Of a DNA stretch of 32,000 bases, positions 17,587-25,662 are shown piece after piece. The position numbers were made by a program, and so were the translations under genes. This stretch comes from Bdellovibrionales bacterium (GTDB taxonomy: Bacteria > Bdellovibrionota > Bdellovibrionia > Bdellovibrionales > UBA1609): NCBI GenBank assembly GCA_963692945.1, contig OY843585.1:540001-572000 (forward strand). Reading direction: 5' to 3'. Below the pieces are notes generated by a model, which saw only the letters and a program-made list of their open reading frames with translations, was not told the origin of the DNA and searched no databases. Every line of letters begins with the position of its first letter. Positions within the stretch are counted from its first letter, which is position 1.

Positions 17587-17642
17587 CAAAACTCTAGTTC
17601 AATATAATAAGAAAAGGGTATTAGAAATGAACTAGAGTTTTG
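17587..17642. repeat. Minimal 56-bp member of the repeat family (locus D)
   Basis: A perfect 14-bp inverted repeat CAAAACTCTAGTTC / GAACTAGAGTTTTG flanks a 28-nt centre. That centre (..AAGAAAAGGGTATTAGAAATG) is the reverse complement of 14859-14879. It abuts the stop codon of 17643..18614. Confidence 0.8.
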
Positions 17643-18614
17643 TTAAGGGAGGAACTCAAAAGAGATTTTGATTTGAGTGTTGGTCACATCGGTTCTTTTA
17701 AATTTCATATGTTTCATATTATTTGCAAATAAAAAGCCATTGCTTTGATCGCAATTTAAAGATGTATTTTTATCTTTTACTATGCAGTGGTAAATGTCAT
17801 TATCTTTCATGGAATAGATAGAGATATGAATAATTCCAGCAAGAACCACATCCTGACCTCCAATAAGATGAGAGTTCAAAACAAAATCTTTTATGTTTCC
17901 ATAACTGGTTCCTCCAACGGCAGGGTTTAAAAAATTAAAATGAGACCCCATTCTGGTGTATTTTGTTACTGAAGGAGTATCGCTATGATGTCTTACTTTA
18001 GGGCAACTTGAAGTGTGATTCTTTGTTCCCATATAACCTAGAAAAGCAGGTTTTCTTGGAAAATCATTCATATTTAAAGGACGAGCGTTTCTTAAAAAAG
18101 CAGGAATATATAAAAGCACAAGTCCATTGTTTTTCCATAAATAGTTTAGTTCTTGTCTTAAATAACAATCATTAAAATAAGCATCATTCGGAGTTACGGT
18201 ATTGATGAGGTCATCATAGTAATAATTAAAAAATTCCATAATATTGACACGTTTTACATTTTTAATGGATAGAAATAAAAACTTCTTGTTATTTTCTAAA
18301 GTAAAAATTCTATTTTTATGGGTTAAGCTGAAGGAGTGATAATCTGGTAATACATCAAAAAAGTTTTTATTATTATCATCTTTAACATTTAAAATGCCAT
18401 AAGAGACGGCTATATTTTCAAGAGAGGTGTATAAAAATTTATTCAACCATTCTTCAGTGATTTTTTTATCCGCTTTTTTCTCAATATTCTTACCTTCTTT
18501 TGTTACCAATTGTAAAATGGATACAGAACCTAAAGTTACAAAAGCGAACATAGCAGCTGCAACTATAAGTTCTACAATAGAAAAACCTTTATTTTTTTGT
18601 ATAGATAATTTCAT
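17643..18614 (-). CDS. Minor (pseudo)pilin, PilW/PilV-like, prepilin-type N-terminus
   Basis: MKLSIQKNKG|FSIVELIVAAAMFAFVTLG has Gly-1, Phe+1 and Glu+5. The protein is 323 aa and lies in the pilin operon. Confidence 0.75.
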   Translation of the reverse strand: MKLSIQKNKGFSIVELIVAAAMFAFVTLGSVSILQLVTKEGKNIEKKADKKITEEWLNKFLYTSLENIAVSYGILNVKDDNNKNFFDVLPDYHSFSLTHKNRIFTLENNKKFLFLSIKNVKRVNIMEFFNYYYDDLINTVTPNDAYFNDCYLRQELNYLWKNNGLVLLYIPAFLRNARPLNMNDFPRKPAFLGYMGTKNHTSSCPKVRHHSDTPSVTKYTRMGSHFNFLNPAVGGTSYGNIKDFVLNSHLIGGQDVVLAGIIHISIYSMKDNDIYHCIVKDKNTSLNCDQSNGFLFANNMKHMKFKRTDVTNTQIKISFEFLP

Positions 18615-18634
18615 TTTTTAAATCCCACCTGTTT

Positions 18635-19147
18635 TTAATTTAAAGGAAGAAGCATTTTTAAATCCAAGAAAGCTTTATAAGAGTAAGAGTTTGGAGTACT
18701 TCCTGTTTGTCTTTCAATGCCTACAATCCAAATTTTAAAAAGACCTCGTGTATTTGAAAGAGGTATGAGTGACAGCCCTATGCGACTTTCACAATGAGGG
18801 CAGTCCTCTGCTTTTATAATATCTCCCTTAGAATCTATGGCAAAAGCCAAAACATCAAAAACAGCTGGATTGGCTGATATATGGGATTGCTCTGTATTTG
18901 CAATACCTGCAAAACCACTTTTTCCAGGAGGATAAAATTGATAATTGTTAGAATGAGATAGAAGAGATTGCACAATATAAGCTGCACTTTTAGAAGCTAA
19001 AGAAGCATCGGAAACATCTTCTATTTGTTTTGTGACTCCTGATAGAAAACTGATAAGAGCTGTAAAAATAGTTAAAACAATAGCAGAGCTGATTAAGATT
19101 TCTACTATACCTACACCTTTGTTATTTTTTAGAAATTGAACAAACAT
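18635..19147 (-). CDS. Minor (pseudo)pilin, prepilin-type N-terminus
   Basis: MFVQFLKNNKG|VGIVEILISSAIVLTIF has Glu+5. The ATG at 19147 overlaps the TGA of the giant upstream gene by 1 nt. The track start at 19150 is a TTG one codon earlier. Confidence 0.75.
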   Translation of the reverse strand: MFVQFLKNNKGVGIVEILISSAIVLTIFTALISFLSGVTKQIEDVSDASLASKSAAYIVQSLLSHSNNYQFYPPGKSGFAGIANTEQSHISANPAVFDVLAFAIDSKGDIIKAEDCPHCESRIGLSLIPLSNTRGLFKIWIVGIERQTGSTPNSYSYKAFLDLKMLLPLN

Positions 19148-22100
19148 CAATTTAGAGTTCCTTTCTTTAAAATAGGCCGACTTATAAATTTTCTTATATA
19201 AAATTTACAACTTACTCTTCTACTATTTTCATCTATGTGAGCACAATCTGGATCTACCGAAGTCCAAGTGAAAGGGTCTGCTTCTTTCATTAAACCAACA
19301 GGATTACAACTAAGAGAGGTTGCTCGGTTTTCAGGGTGAATGGGATTGCCAAGAAAGTTTTTATTATTATTACAATCTGATTTTGAAAGTGTTGTGTCTG
19401 TTCCGACTACATATTCATCACCTTTTGTTAAAATTTTCTGATCTCTTAATTCATAAAGAGCTTGAGCTTGCCAAATACTACCCCAAGTGACTCCATGTTG
19501 AAGGGCGGTTTTATGCACATTCAGTTGAGAGCTTATAACTGTCCCTATGATACGAAGAGGAGTGGTTCTTTGTTCTATAGTGAATTTATCACAAACAAAG
19601 AAACCCGTCACAAAATCAGCCGTGCTTTTAACTATGCAATGACCAAAGAGAGCCTTATTTTGAAATCTAAAATTTACACCAGAGCGAGTTGCATTTTTAT
19701 CATCAAGTATGAAAAGGCTTTTGTCAGTCCCTCTGTCTGTAAAATCCCAAGAGCTTCTAGTGAAAGGACTTAAATCAAAAAACCAATCTAAGCTGCCTAT
19801 AAAATTTTCTGGATCTTCAGTAGGGCAATGTTCGGATGTTATAAGTAAAGGAGTTGTTGAACGGTTGAGATCACTCGGGTCTTTAGCGAGCTGTCCTTTA
19901 TTATTCTGTCCCCAGCAGTAGAGTTTAGCTTTATTATCAGTGGGTAGGACTTGAATGGCACAGGTGTGGGAATATCCAGTTGAGACCTGTTTAATGTTTT
20001 GGTTTTGAAAAGCATTTGTTGTTTCCGTTCCATTTTTAACGAGTTTGGGTTTTTTGCGAGGACTTGTAGTGGTGCCATCTCCGATCTGTCCATAGAAATT
20101 ATGTCCCCAGCAGTAAAGTTTGCCTGCTTGAATGGCACAGGTGTGGAATCTTCCAGTTGAGACTGATGTGACATTTTGATTTTGAAAAGCACCTGAAACG
20201 GATGAAACGAGTTTGGGTTTTTTGCGATTATTTGTGTTGCCAGTGGTGCCATCTCCGATCTGTCCTTGGTTATTCCGTCCCCAGCAGTAAAGTTTTCCAG
20301 CTTGAATGGCACAGGTGTGGAAATCTCCAGTTGAGACTGATGTGACATTTTGATTTTGAAAAGCACCTGAAACGGATGAAACGAGTTTGGGTTTTTTGCG
20401 ATTATTTATGCTGTCATAGGTACCATCTCCGATCTGTCCATAGAGATTATCTCCCCAGCAATAAAGTTTTTGGTTTTGGATGGCACAAGTGTGGTCAAGT
20501 CCAGTTGAGACCGATTGGACGTTTTGGTTTTGAAAAGGATTGGTTGTTTCCGTTCCATTTAAAATGAGTGTGGGGCTTGCGCGACGATCTGTAGTGCCAT
20601 CTCCGATCTGTCCATGGTTATTCTGTCCCCAGCAGTAAAGTTTTTGGTTTTGAATGGCACAGGTGTGGGAACCTCCAGTTGAGACCTGTTTAATGTTTTG
20701 GTTTTGAAAACCACTTGAACGGGATCGCAAGAAGTAGGGTCTTAGTGTTGGGATAGGAGTTAAGCGGCCATCTCCGATCTGTCCATGGTTATTCTGTCCC
20801 CAGCAGTAAAGTTTTTGGTTTTGAATGGCACAGGTGTGGGAACCTCCAGTTGAGACCTGTGTTATGTTTTTTTCTGGAAAAAAGTTTTTTTCTACATTTA
20901 ATAAATGTACATCATCTGTGTTACCAATTCCTAATTGCCCTGAAGCATTATATCCCCAACATATATTTTTAGATACACTATTACCATCATCATCATATGC
21001 AATGCTAAAACAAGTATGATTTGCTCCTGTATCAAAAACATAAGTGGAACTTGGAAATGTAACTTTCACAGCTTTCTTTTTATTATCTGTGGTGCCATCT
21101 CCGAGTTGTCCCGAGCCATTCCGTCCCCAGCAGTAAAGTTTTTGGTTTTGAATGGCACAGGTGTGGTGATATCCAGTTGAGACTGATGTGACATTTTGAT
21201 TTTGAAAAGCACCTGAAACGGATAAAACGAGTTTGGGTTTGTTGCGATTATTTGTGTTGCCAGTGGTGCCATCTCCGAGTTGTCCGTAGTTATTCCGTCC
21301 CCAGCAGTAAAGTTTTTGGTTTTGGATGGCACAGGTGTGGTTACCTCCAGTTGAGACCGAATCCATTTGGATATTTTGGTTTTGAAAAGCATTTGTTGTT
21401 TCCGTGCCATCTGCAACGAGTTTGGGTTTGTTGCGATTATTTGTGTTGCCAGTGGTGCCATCTCCGAGTTGTCCGTAGTTATTCCGTCCCCAGCAGTAAA
21501 GTTTTTGGTTTTGAATGGCACAGGTGTGGTGATATCCAGTTGAGACTGATGTGACATTTTGATTTTGAAAAGCATTTGTTGTTTCCGTGTCATTTGCAAC
21601 GAGGGTGGGTGTGCGATGATTAAATGTGTAGCCAGTGGTGCCATCTCCGAGTTGTCCATAGGTATTATCTCCCCAGCAGTAAAGTCTTCCAGCTTGAATG
21701 GCACAGGTGTTGTTAACTCCAGTTGAGACTTTTGTTACGTTTTGGTTTTGAAAAGCATTTGTTGTTTCCGTGCCATCTGCAACGAGTTTGGGTTTTGTGT
21801 GTTGATTTACTGTGTTGCCATCTCCGAGTCTTCCATAGTTATTTTTTCCCCAGCAGTAAAGTCTTCCAGCTTGAATGGCACAGGTGTAGTCACTTCCAGC
21901 TGAGACTTTTGTTACGTTTTGGTTTTCAAAAGCATTGGTTCCTCCTGTTGTGCCATCTGCAACAAGTGTGGGTTTGTTGCGATAATTTGTGCTGCCATAG
22001 GTACCATCTCCGATCTGTCCATATTCATTACGTCCCCAGCAGTAAAGTCTTCCAGCTTGAATGGCACAGGTGTGTACACTTCCATTTGAGACTTTTGTTA

Positions 22101-23631
22101 CATTTTGGTTTTGAAAAGCTTTTGTTGTTTCCGTGCCATCTGCAACGAGTTTGGGTTTTGTGCGCCTCTCTCTGGTGCCATCTCCGATCTGTCCATAGCC
22201 ATTATATCCCCAACAGTAAAGTTTTTGGTTTTGGATGGCACAGGTGTGGCTTTGTTCACCTGAGACAGAAGTCACGGTGGCTGAAGAAGAATTCACACTG
22301 TAATCTAAAATTTCTGGAGTATGTAGGCACTCCTCAAGAGTGTCATTTCTTGATTCACAAGCTTCTTGACCTGAGAAAACCTCTAAACCTTTATCCGTTT
22401 TTTCAAGCACAACCCCTTTGTAAAATCCACCCATATTCAAATGGTTATAATCCATCAAGTATCCAGCTTTACTAGGTGTGAAATCTTGATTTTGCCCGTA
22501 AAGAAATTCTCCTTTTCCTAAAAACAATTTATCAAAAAAGTAGATGGGCGTAAAACTGGGGGTTGTTCCAGAAGCATACTTTTTAAAGTGTAGATTTCCA
22601 TTTACAAACACAGGGCTTTGAAAGGTCAAACCTTTGTAGGAAGATTTTTGAGCTTCTGTTATTTTTTCAAACTTGGTAGAAGTGCTAGGGGGAGAGACAC
22701 ATTTATCATCGGGTTGAATAGTTTGACGAGCGGGGGGGGGTAGACTAGAAGTGGTATCATAAAAATACATATCCCTAGCCAATACAAGAGAAAAAGTGTT
22801 CATCTCCCTTGGAAATAAAGAAACATCCCATTCTGCTGTATAGTTTTTGGTTATGCTTTTTTCTGTAAAGTTGGTTTCAATTTTAACTTTTATATATTTT
22901 TCACTTCCACGAACTTGATAAGTTTGTGCTTCATTACTGATAGTGATTTTTAAAGTATTCATTTTAATTTTCATAGTGTTGGAAGAGGTGTAAGATTGAA
23001 AATAATCACTTAAGGCAAATTTAGTTTTATCTTTTAAGTCTGAGCTGCTAAAAACTTTATAAAAAGAATTAAGTTTAATGGTATTCAAATTTGTAGGGAG
23101 GTTGATACATTTATCACAATCAGATCTTTTTTGTTTGAGGCAAGTTTTTTGTGCTGCTGTGCAAATATCTGAAGGGTTATCTTGTCTTAATTTTTCAAGT
23201 TTAGCTAACTCAATGTCTCCAAAAAGAACTCTTTCTGAACTCATTGGATCGGTTAATTTATCACATTGAGATTGATAACCCCATTTATCATTAAAACACC
23301 ATTTTCTCTCAACACCAAAAAGAGTGTATTTAATAACAGATTGTATGGATTCTTTAAAAAGAATGAAGTTATCGGTTTCTACTTGTTGTGATTTGTATTG
23401 TAAGACATAGTGACCAACAAATAAAATCATAGGAAGGGTTGTTATTGAAATAACAATAGGCAAGAAAATAGACCCTGTTTTGCTAAATAACCTATTGAAC
23501 TTTATGAGTTTATTGAACTTTATGAAACGACTCCTATGTTTAACCAACATAAATTGCTTTTTGACTTTTAAAAGGGATGTATTCAAATGACCATAGAACG
23601 ATTTAGTAATAGTTTCCTTTTTTTTAATCAC
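19147..23631 (-). CDS. Giant membrane-anchored protein with 14 RCC1-type beta-propeller blades, first gene of the pilin operon
   Basis: The 1,494-aa ORF has an N-terminal hydrophobic helix (GSIFLPIVISITTLPMILFVGHYVL) like PilX-type N-termini. There are 14 repeats of S.G..HTCAIQ..KLYCWG.N.YGQ(I/L)GDGT, the RCC1 blade signature, enough for two 7-bladed propellers. The start is uncertain: GTG at 23631 or ATG at 23550. Confidence 0.88.
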   Translation of the reverse strand: MIKKKETITKSFYGHLNTSLLKVKKQFMLVKHRSRFIKFNKLIKFNRLFSKTGSIFLPIVISITTLPMILFVGHYVLQYKSQQVETDNFILFKESIQSVIKYTLFGVERKWCFNDKWGYQSQCDKLTDPMSSERVLFGDIELAKLEKLRQDNPSDICTAAQKTCLKQKRSDCDKCINLPTNLNTIKLNSFYKVFSSSDLKDKTKFALSDYFQSYTSSNTMKIKMNTLKITISNEAQTYQVRGSEKYIKVKIETNFTEKSITKNYTAEWDVSLFPREMNTFSLVLARDMYFYDTTSSLPPPARQTIQPDDKCVSPPSTSTKFEKITEAQKSSYKGLTFQSPVFVNGNLHFKKYASGTTPSFTPIYFFDKLFLGKGEFLYGQNQDFTPSKAGYLMDYNHLNMGGFYKGVVLEKTDKGLEVFSGQEACESRNDTLEECLHTPEILDYSVNSSSATVTSVSGEQSHTCAIQNQKLYCWGYNGYGQIGDGTRERRTKPKLVADGTETTKAFQNQNVTKVSNGSVHTCAIQAGRLYCWGRNEYGQIGDGTYGSTNYRNKPTLVADGTTGGTNAFENQNVTKVSAGSDYTCAIQAGRLYCWGKNNYGRLGDGNTVNQHTKPKLVADGTETTNAFQNQNVTKVSTGVNNTCAIQAGRLYCWGDNTYGQLGDGTTGYTFNHRTPTLVANDTETTNAFQNQNVTSVSTGYHHTCAIQNQKLYCWGRNNYGQLGDGTTGNTNNRNKPKLVADGTETTNAFQNQNIQMDSVSTGGNHTCAIQNQKLYCWGRNNYGQLGDGTTGNTNNRNKPKLVLSVSGAFQNQNVTSVSTGYHHTCAIQNQKLYCWGRNGSGQLGDGTTDNKKKAVKVTFPSSTYVFDTGANHTCFSIAYDDDGNSVSKNICWGYNASGQLGIGNTDDVHLLNVEKNFFPEKNITQVSTGGSHTCAIQNQKLYCWGQNNHGQIGDGRLTPIPTLRPYFLRSRSSGFQNQNIKQVSTGGSHTCAIQNQKLYCWGQNNHGQIGDGTTDRRASPTLILNGTETTNPFQNQNVQSVSTGLDHTCAIQNQKLYCWGDNLYGQIGDGTYDSINNRKKPKLVSSVSGAFQNQNVTSVSTGDFHTCAIQAGKLYCWGRNNQGQIGDGTTGNTNNRKKPKLVSSVSGAFQNQNVTSVSTGRFHTCAIQAGKLYCWGHNFYGQIGDGTTTSPRKKPKLVKNGTETTNAFQNQNIKQVSTGYSHTCAIQVLPTDNKAKLYCWGQNNKGQLAKDPSDLNRSTTPLLITSEHCPTEDPENFIGSLDWFFDLSPFTRSSWDFTDRGTDKSLFILDDKNATRSGVNFRFQNKALFGHCIVKSTADFVTGFFVCDKFTIEQRTTPLRIIGTVISSQLNVHKTALQHGVTWGSIWQAQALYELRDQKILTKGDEYVVGTDTTLSKSDCNNNKNFLGNPIHPENRATSLSCNPVGLMKEADPFTWTSVDPDCAHIDENSRRVSCKFYIRKFISRPILKKGTLN
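19875..22290 (-). repeat. Intragenic tandem coding repeats (RCC1 blades), several nearly identical at nucleotide level
   Basis: Stretches longer than 100 nt recur, for example GAGACTGATGTGACATTTTGATTTTGAAAAGCACCTGAAACGGAT.AAACGAGTTTGGGTTT starting near 20159, 20333 and 21178. Confidence 0.85.
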
Positions 23632-23782
23632 TTCTTAAATTATCCATGTTTTACCAAGTAATTATAGACTTTCTCATTTTTGTTATTTATAAATCTGATT
23701 TAAGTTTAAACAAAAAGGTGCAGATAGTAAATTTTTTTATATTATTTGAAGATAAAAGTGTCTCATTTTAAAACAACCAGTT

Positions 23783-23841
<59 letters not shown>

Positions 23842-23857
<16 letters not shown>

Positions 23858-24058
23858 TTTAAAAATAGGCTGGAAGAAAATACTTCCTAATTTTTTTGTA
23901 GAGATTTTTCCTCTCTCACCGTGGGCACCATTTAAAAATAGGCTGGAAGAAAATACTTCCTAATTTTTTTGTAGAGATTTTTCCTCTCTCACCGTGGGCA
24001 CCATTTTAAAATAGGATGGAAGAAAATACTTCCTAACTGTTTTGTAGAGATTTTTCCT
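23842..24058 (+). repeat. Three tandem copies of a 73-bp unit that begins with the last 16 nt of tRNA-Thr
   Basis: Units start at 23842, 23915 and 23988. Units 1 and 2 are identical and unit 3 has a few substitutions. Each unit is CTCACCGTGGGCACCA + TTTAAAAATAGGCTGGAAGAAAATACTTCCTAATTTTTTTGTAGAGATTTTTCCT(CT), containing a small GGAAG/CTTCC hairpin plus a T-run. A solo GTAGAGATTTTTCCT recurs at 24739-24753. Confidence 0.9.
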
Positions 24059-24672
24059 AAAATTTCATATTCATCACATTCTTTTTCTGTTTTTGCCTCT
24101 GCTTCGTATTCTGTTTTTGCCTCTGCTTCGTATTCTTCTTCATATTCTGCTTCTGCTTCTGTTTCTGCTTCGTATTCTTCTTCATATTCTGCTTCTGTTT
24201 CTGCTTCGTATTCTGTTTTTGTTTCTGCTTCGTATTCTTCTTCATATTCTGCTTCTGTTTCTGCTTCTGCTTCTGCTTTATATGCTATTTCTATTTCTGT
24301 TATGCAGTCATCTAATTCATAATATGTATCATCTGAGACTCTGAACTCCGCTTCATTCCAGAGATCATCTAAAGAATAAGCCGAAACAATGCATGTTGAT
24401 TCAAAGTATCCTCCATCATATTGGTGTGAATAGCTATAATCTATGGAACATTCTCCCTCTTCAAAGGAGCAATGAAAAACATGGAAGTCAAAAGTAAAAT
24501 CTCCTTCACACCATATATCATAACAAAGATTGTTTAAGTCTATTAATAAAACTTCCTCCTCATGACTGGTTAGGTCGTTCCCACTGGAATAAGCTTTAGG
24601 AATTCCTCCCATCCATTGCAATAAAAAGATGCAAATAGCGAGGGGAAAGATTTTTTTTATTATTTTTTTCAT
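23989..24672 (-). CDS. Secreted Cys-rich protein with an acidic E/A/T/Y tandem-repeat C-terminal extension (paralog 1)
   Basis: The start is placed at the ATG at 24672 (MKKIIKKIFPLAICIFLLQW..., AGGAGG RBS), identical to paralog 2. The track ORF start at 24756 adds 28 aa with no RBS. The core motif is WCEG...FHCSFEEGECSIDYSY. The last ~20 codons are antisense to repeat unit 3, including the tRNA fragment. Confidence 0.7.
   Translation of the reverse strand: MKKIIKKIFPLAICIFLLQWMGGIPKAYSSGNDLTSHEEEVLLIDLNNLCYDIWCEGDFTFDFHVFHCSFEEGECSIDYSYSHQYDGGYFESTCIVSAYSLDDLWNEAEFRVSDDTYYELDDCITEIEIAYKAEAEAETEAEYEEEYEAETKTEYEAETEAEYEEEYEAETEAEAEYEEEYEAEAKTEYEAEAKTEKECDEYEILGKISTKQLGSIFFHPILKWCPR
24085..24280 (-). 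repeat. Intragenic tandem repeat encoding (EAETEAEYEEEY)n-like acidic tract
   Basis: GCTTCGTATTCTGTTTTTGCCTCT and GCTTCGTATTCTTCTTCATATTCTGCTTCTG motifs are reiterated. The other frames yield the spurious ORFs 24057..24245 and 24093..24344. Confidence 0.85.
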
Positions 24673-24771
24673 TAGAACCTCCTTTATGGTTTTGTGTTTA
24701 AAATTCGGAAAAAATCTCATGACTTTTGTTAAAGCAAAGTAGAGATTTTTCCTCAAACTTAATATTTATCT

Positions 24772-25164
24772 TCAATACAGTTCTTCATCTTCTATACAAT
24801 CAGATACTTCATAATACAGATCCTTTGATATTTCGGAATCCACTTCATTCCAGAGATCATCTAAAGAATAAGCCGAAACGATACATGTTGATTTAAAATC
24901 TTCTTCACCATATCGGTATCCATAGCTATAATCTATGGAACATTCTCCTTCTTCAAAGGAGCAATGAAAAGCATGGAAGTTAAATTTAAGAGCTCCTTCA
25001 CACCATACATCCAAACAACGATTGTGTAAGTCTATTAATAAAACTTCCTCTTCATAATTGGTTAGGTCGTTTCCGCTGGAATAAGCTTTAGGAATTCCTC
25101 CCATCCATTGCAATAAAAAGATGCAAATAGCGAGGGGAAAGATTTTTTTTATTATTTTTTTCAT
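24772..25164 (-). CDS. Secreted Cys-rich protein (paralog 2, short form)
   Basis: The 130-aa protein has the same signal peptide and Cys-rich core as 23989..24672. The identical 66-bp upstream region, including the AGGAGG RBS, is duplicated at a 492-bp offset. Confidence 0.75.
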   Translation of the reverse strand: MKKIIKKIFPLAICIFLLQWMGGIPKAYSSGNDLTNYEEEVLLIDLHNRCLDVWCEGALKFNFHAFHCSFEEGECSIDYSYGYRYGEEDFKSTCIVSAYSLDDLWNEVDSEISKDLYYEVSDCIEDEELY

Positions 25165-25567
25165 TAGAACCTCCTTTATGGTTTTGTGTTTAAAATTCGG
25201 AAAAAATCTTATGACTTTTGTTAAAGCAAAAAGGATTCCAGATAGAAATAGGCCCTAATTCTTTAAAAAAACATTGAAAAACAGGAGTTTGTTTATGATT
25301 TTCAAAATATCGGACTCTTTTTTAGTCGGGAAAGATGTGTGAAATCCGAAAACCTGTTTTAAATAAAGTTGGAAAAATCTTGATAATTTGGAAAGAAATT
25401 AGGGTTTAATAGAAGTTAGGAAAAAACTTTCATTGATAAAATAGAGATCTACCTACAACTATAAATTTCTTATTTTGGCTGTTTTAGGATAAAAATTAGA
25501 GTTATAGGCTAAATTTTAATAAGGGTATTGCAAGTTAAAAAAATTATGAGATACTAGCATTTGTTAT

Positions 25568-25597
25568 TTGACATAAGCTTAAAATTCTTTTTATATG
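25568..25597 (+). promoter_or_regulatory. Sigma70-like promoter upstream of tuf (TTGACA - 17 nt - TTATAT)
   Basis: A consensus -35 TTGACA is at 25568-25573 and a -10-like TTATAT/TATATG at 25591-25597, about 65 nt upstream of the tuf ATG. The RBS AAGGAGGG is at 25647-25654. Confidence 0.4.
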
Positions 25598-25662
25598 AAT
25601 CTTAGTTTTAAGAAGGTTTATTTCTAAAGAATAAGCTTGAACCTATAAGGAGGGATGACTCG

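Noticed and set aside
19462-22475. Track ORFs overlapping the giant gene (19462..19773, 19709..19921, 19839..20366, 20376..20567, 20825..21019, 21066..21704, 21252..21554, 21723..22475, and 23078..23269)
   Set aside because: They lie in alternative frames or on the antisense strand of the RCC1 repeat region. Their repetitive low-complexity translations mirror the repeat periodicity. The 1,494-aa frame has clear domain signatures.
24057-24344. ORFs 24057..24245 (-) and 24093..24344 (+) with KQKQ and LLRIL repeats
   Set aside because: These are other-frame and antisense readings of the acidic tandem repeat in 23989..24672, so they are repeat artefacts.
23989-24756. N-terminal extensions of track ORFs (24756 vs 24672; 13396 vs 13339; 13900 vs 14008; 30026 vs 30065)
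   Set aside because: The internal starts have RBS and signal-peptide or family-typical N-termini. The extensions run into repeats or duplicated upstream regions.
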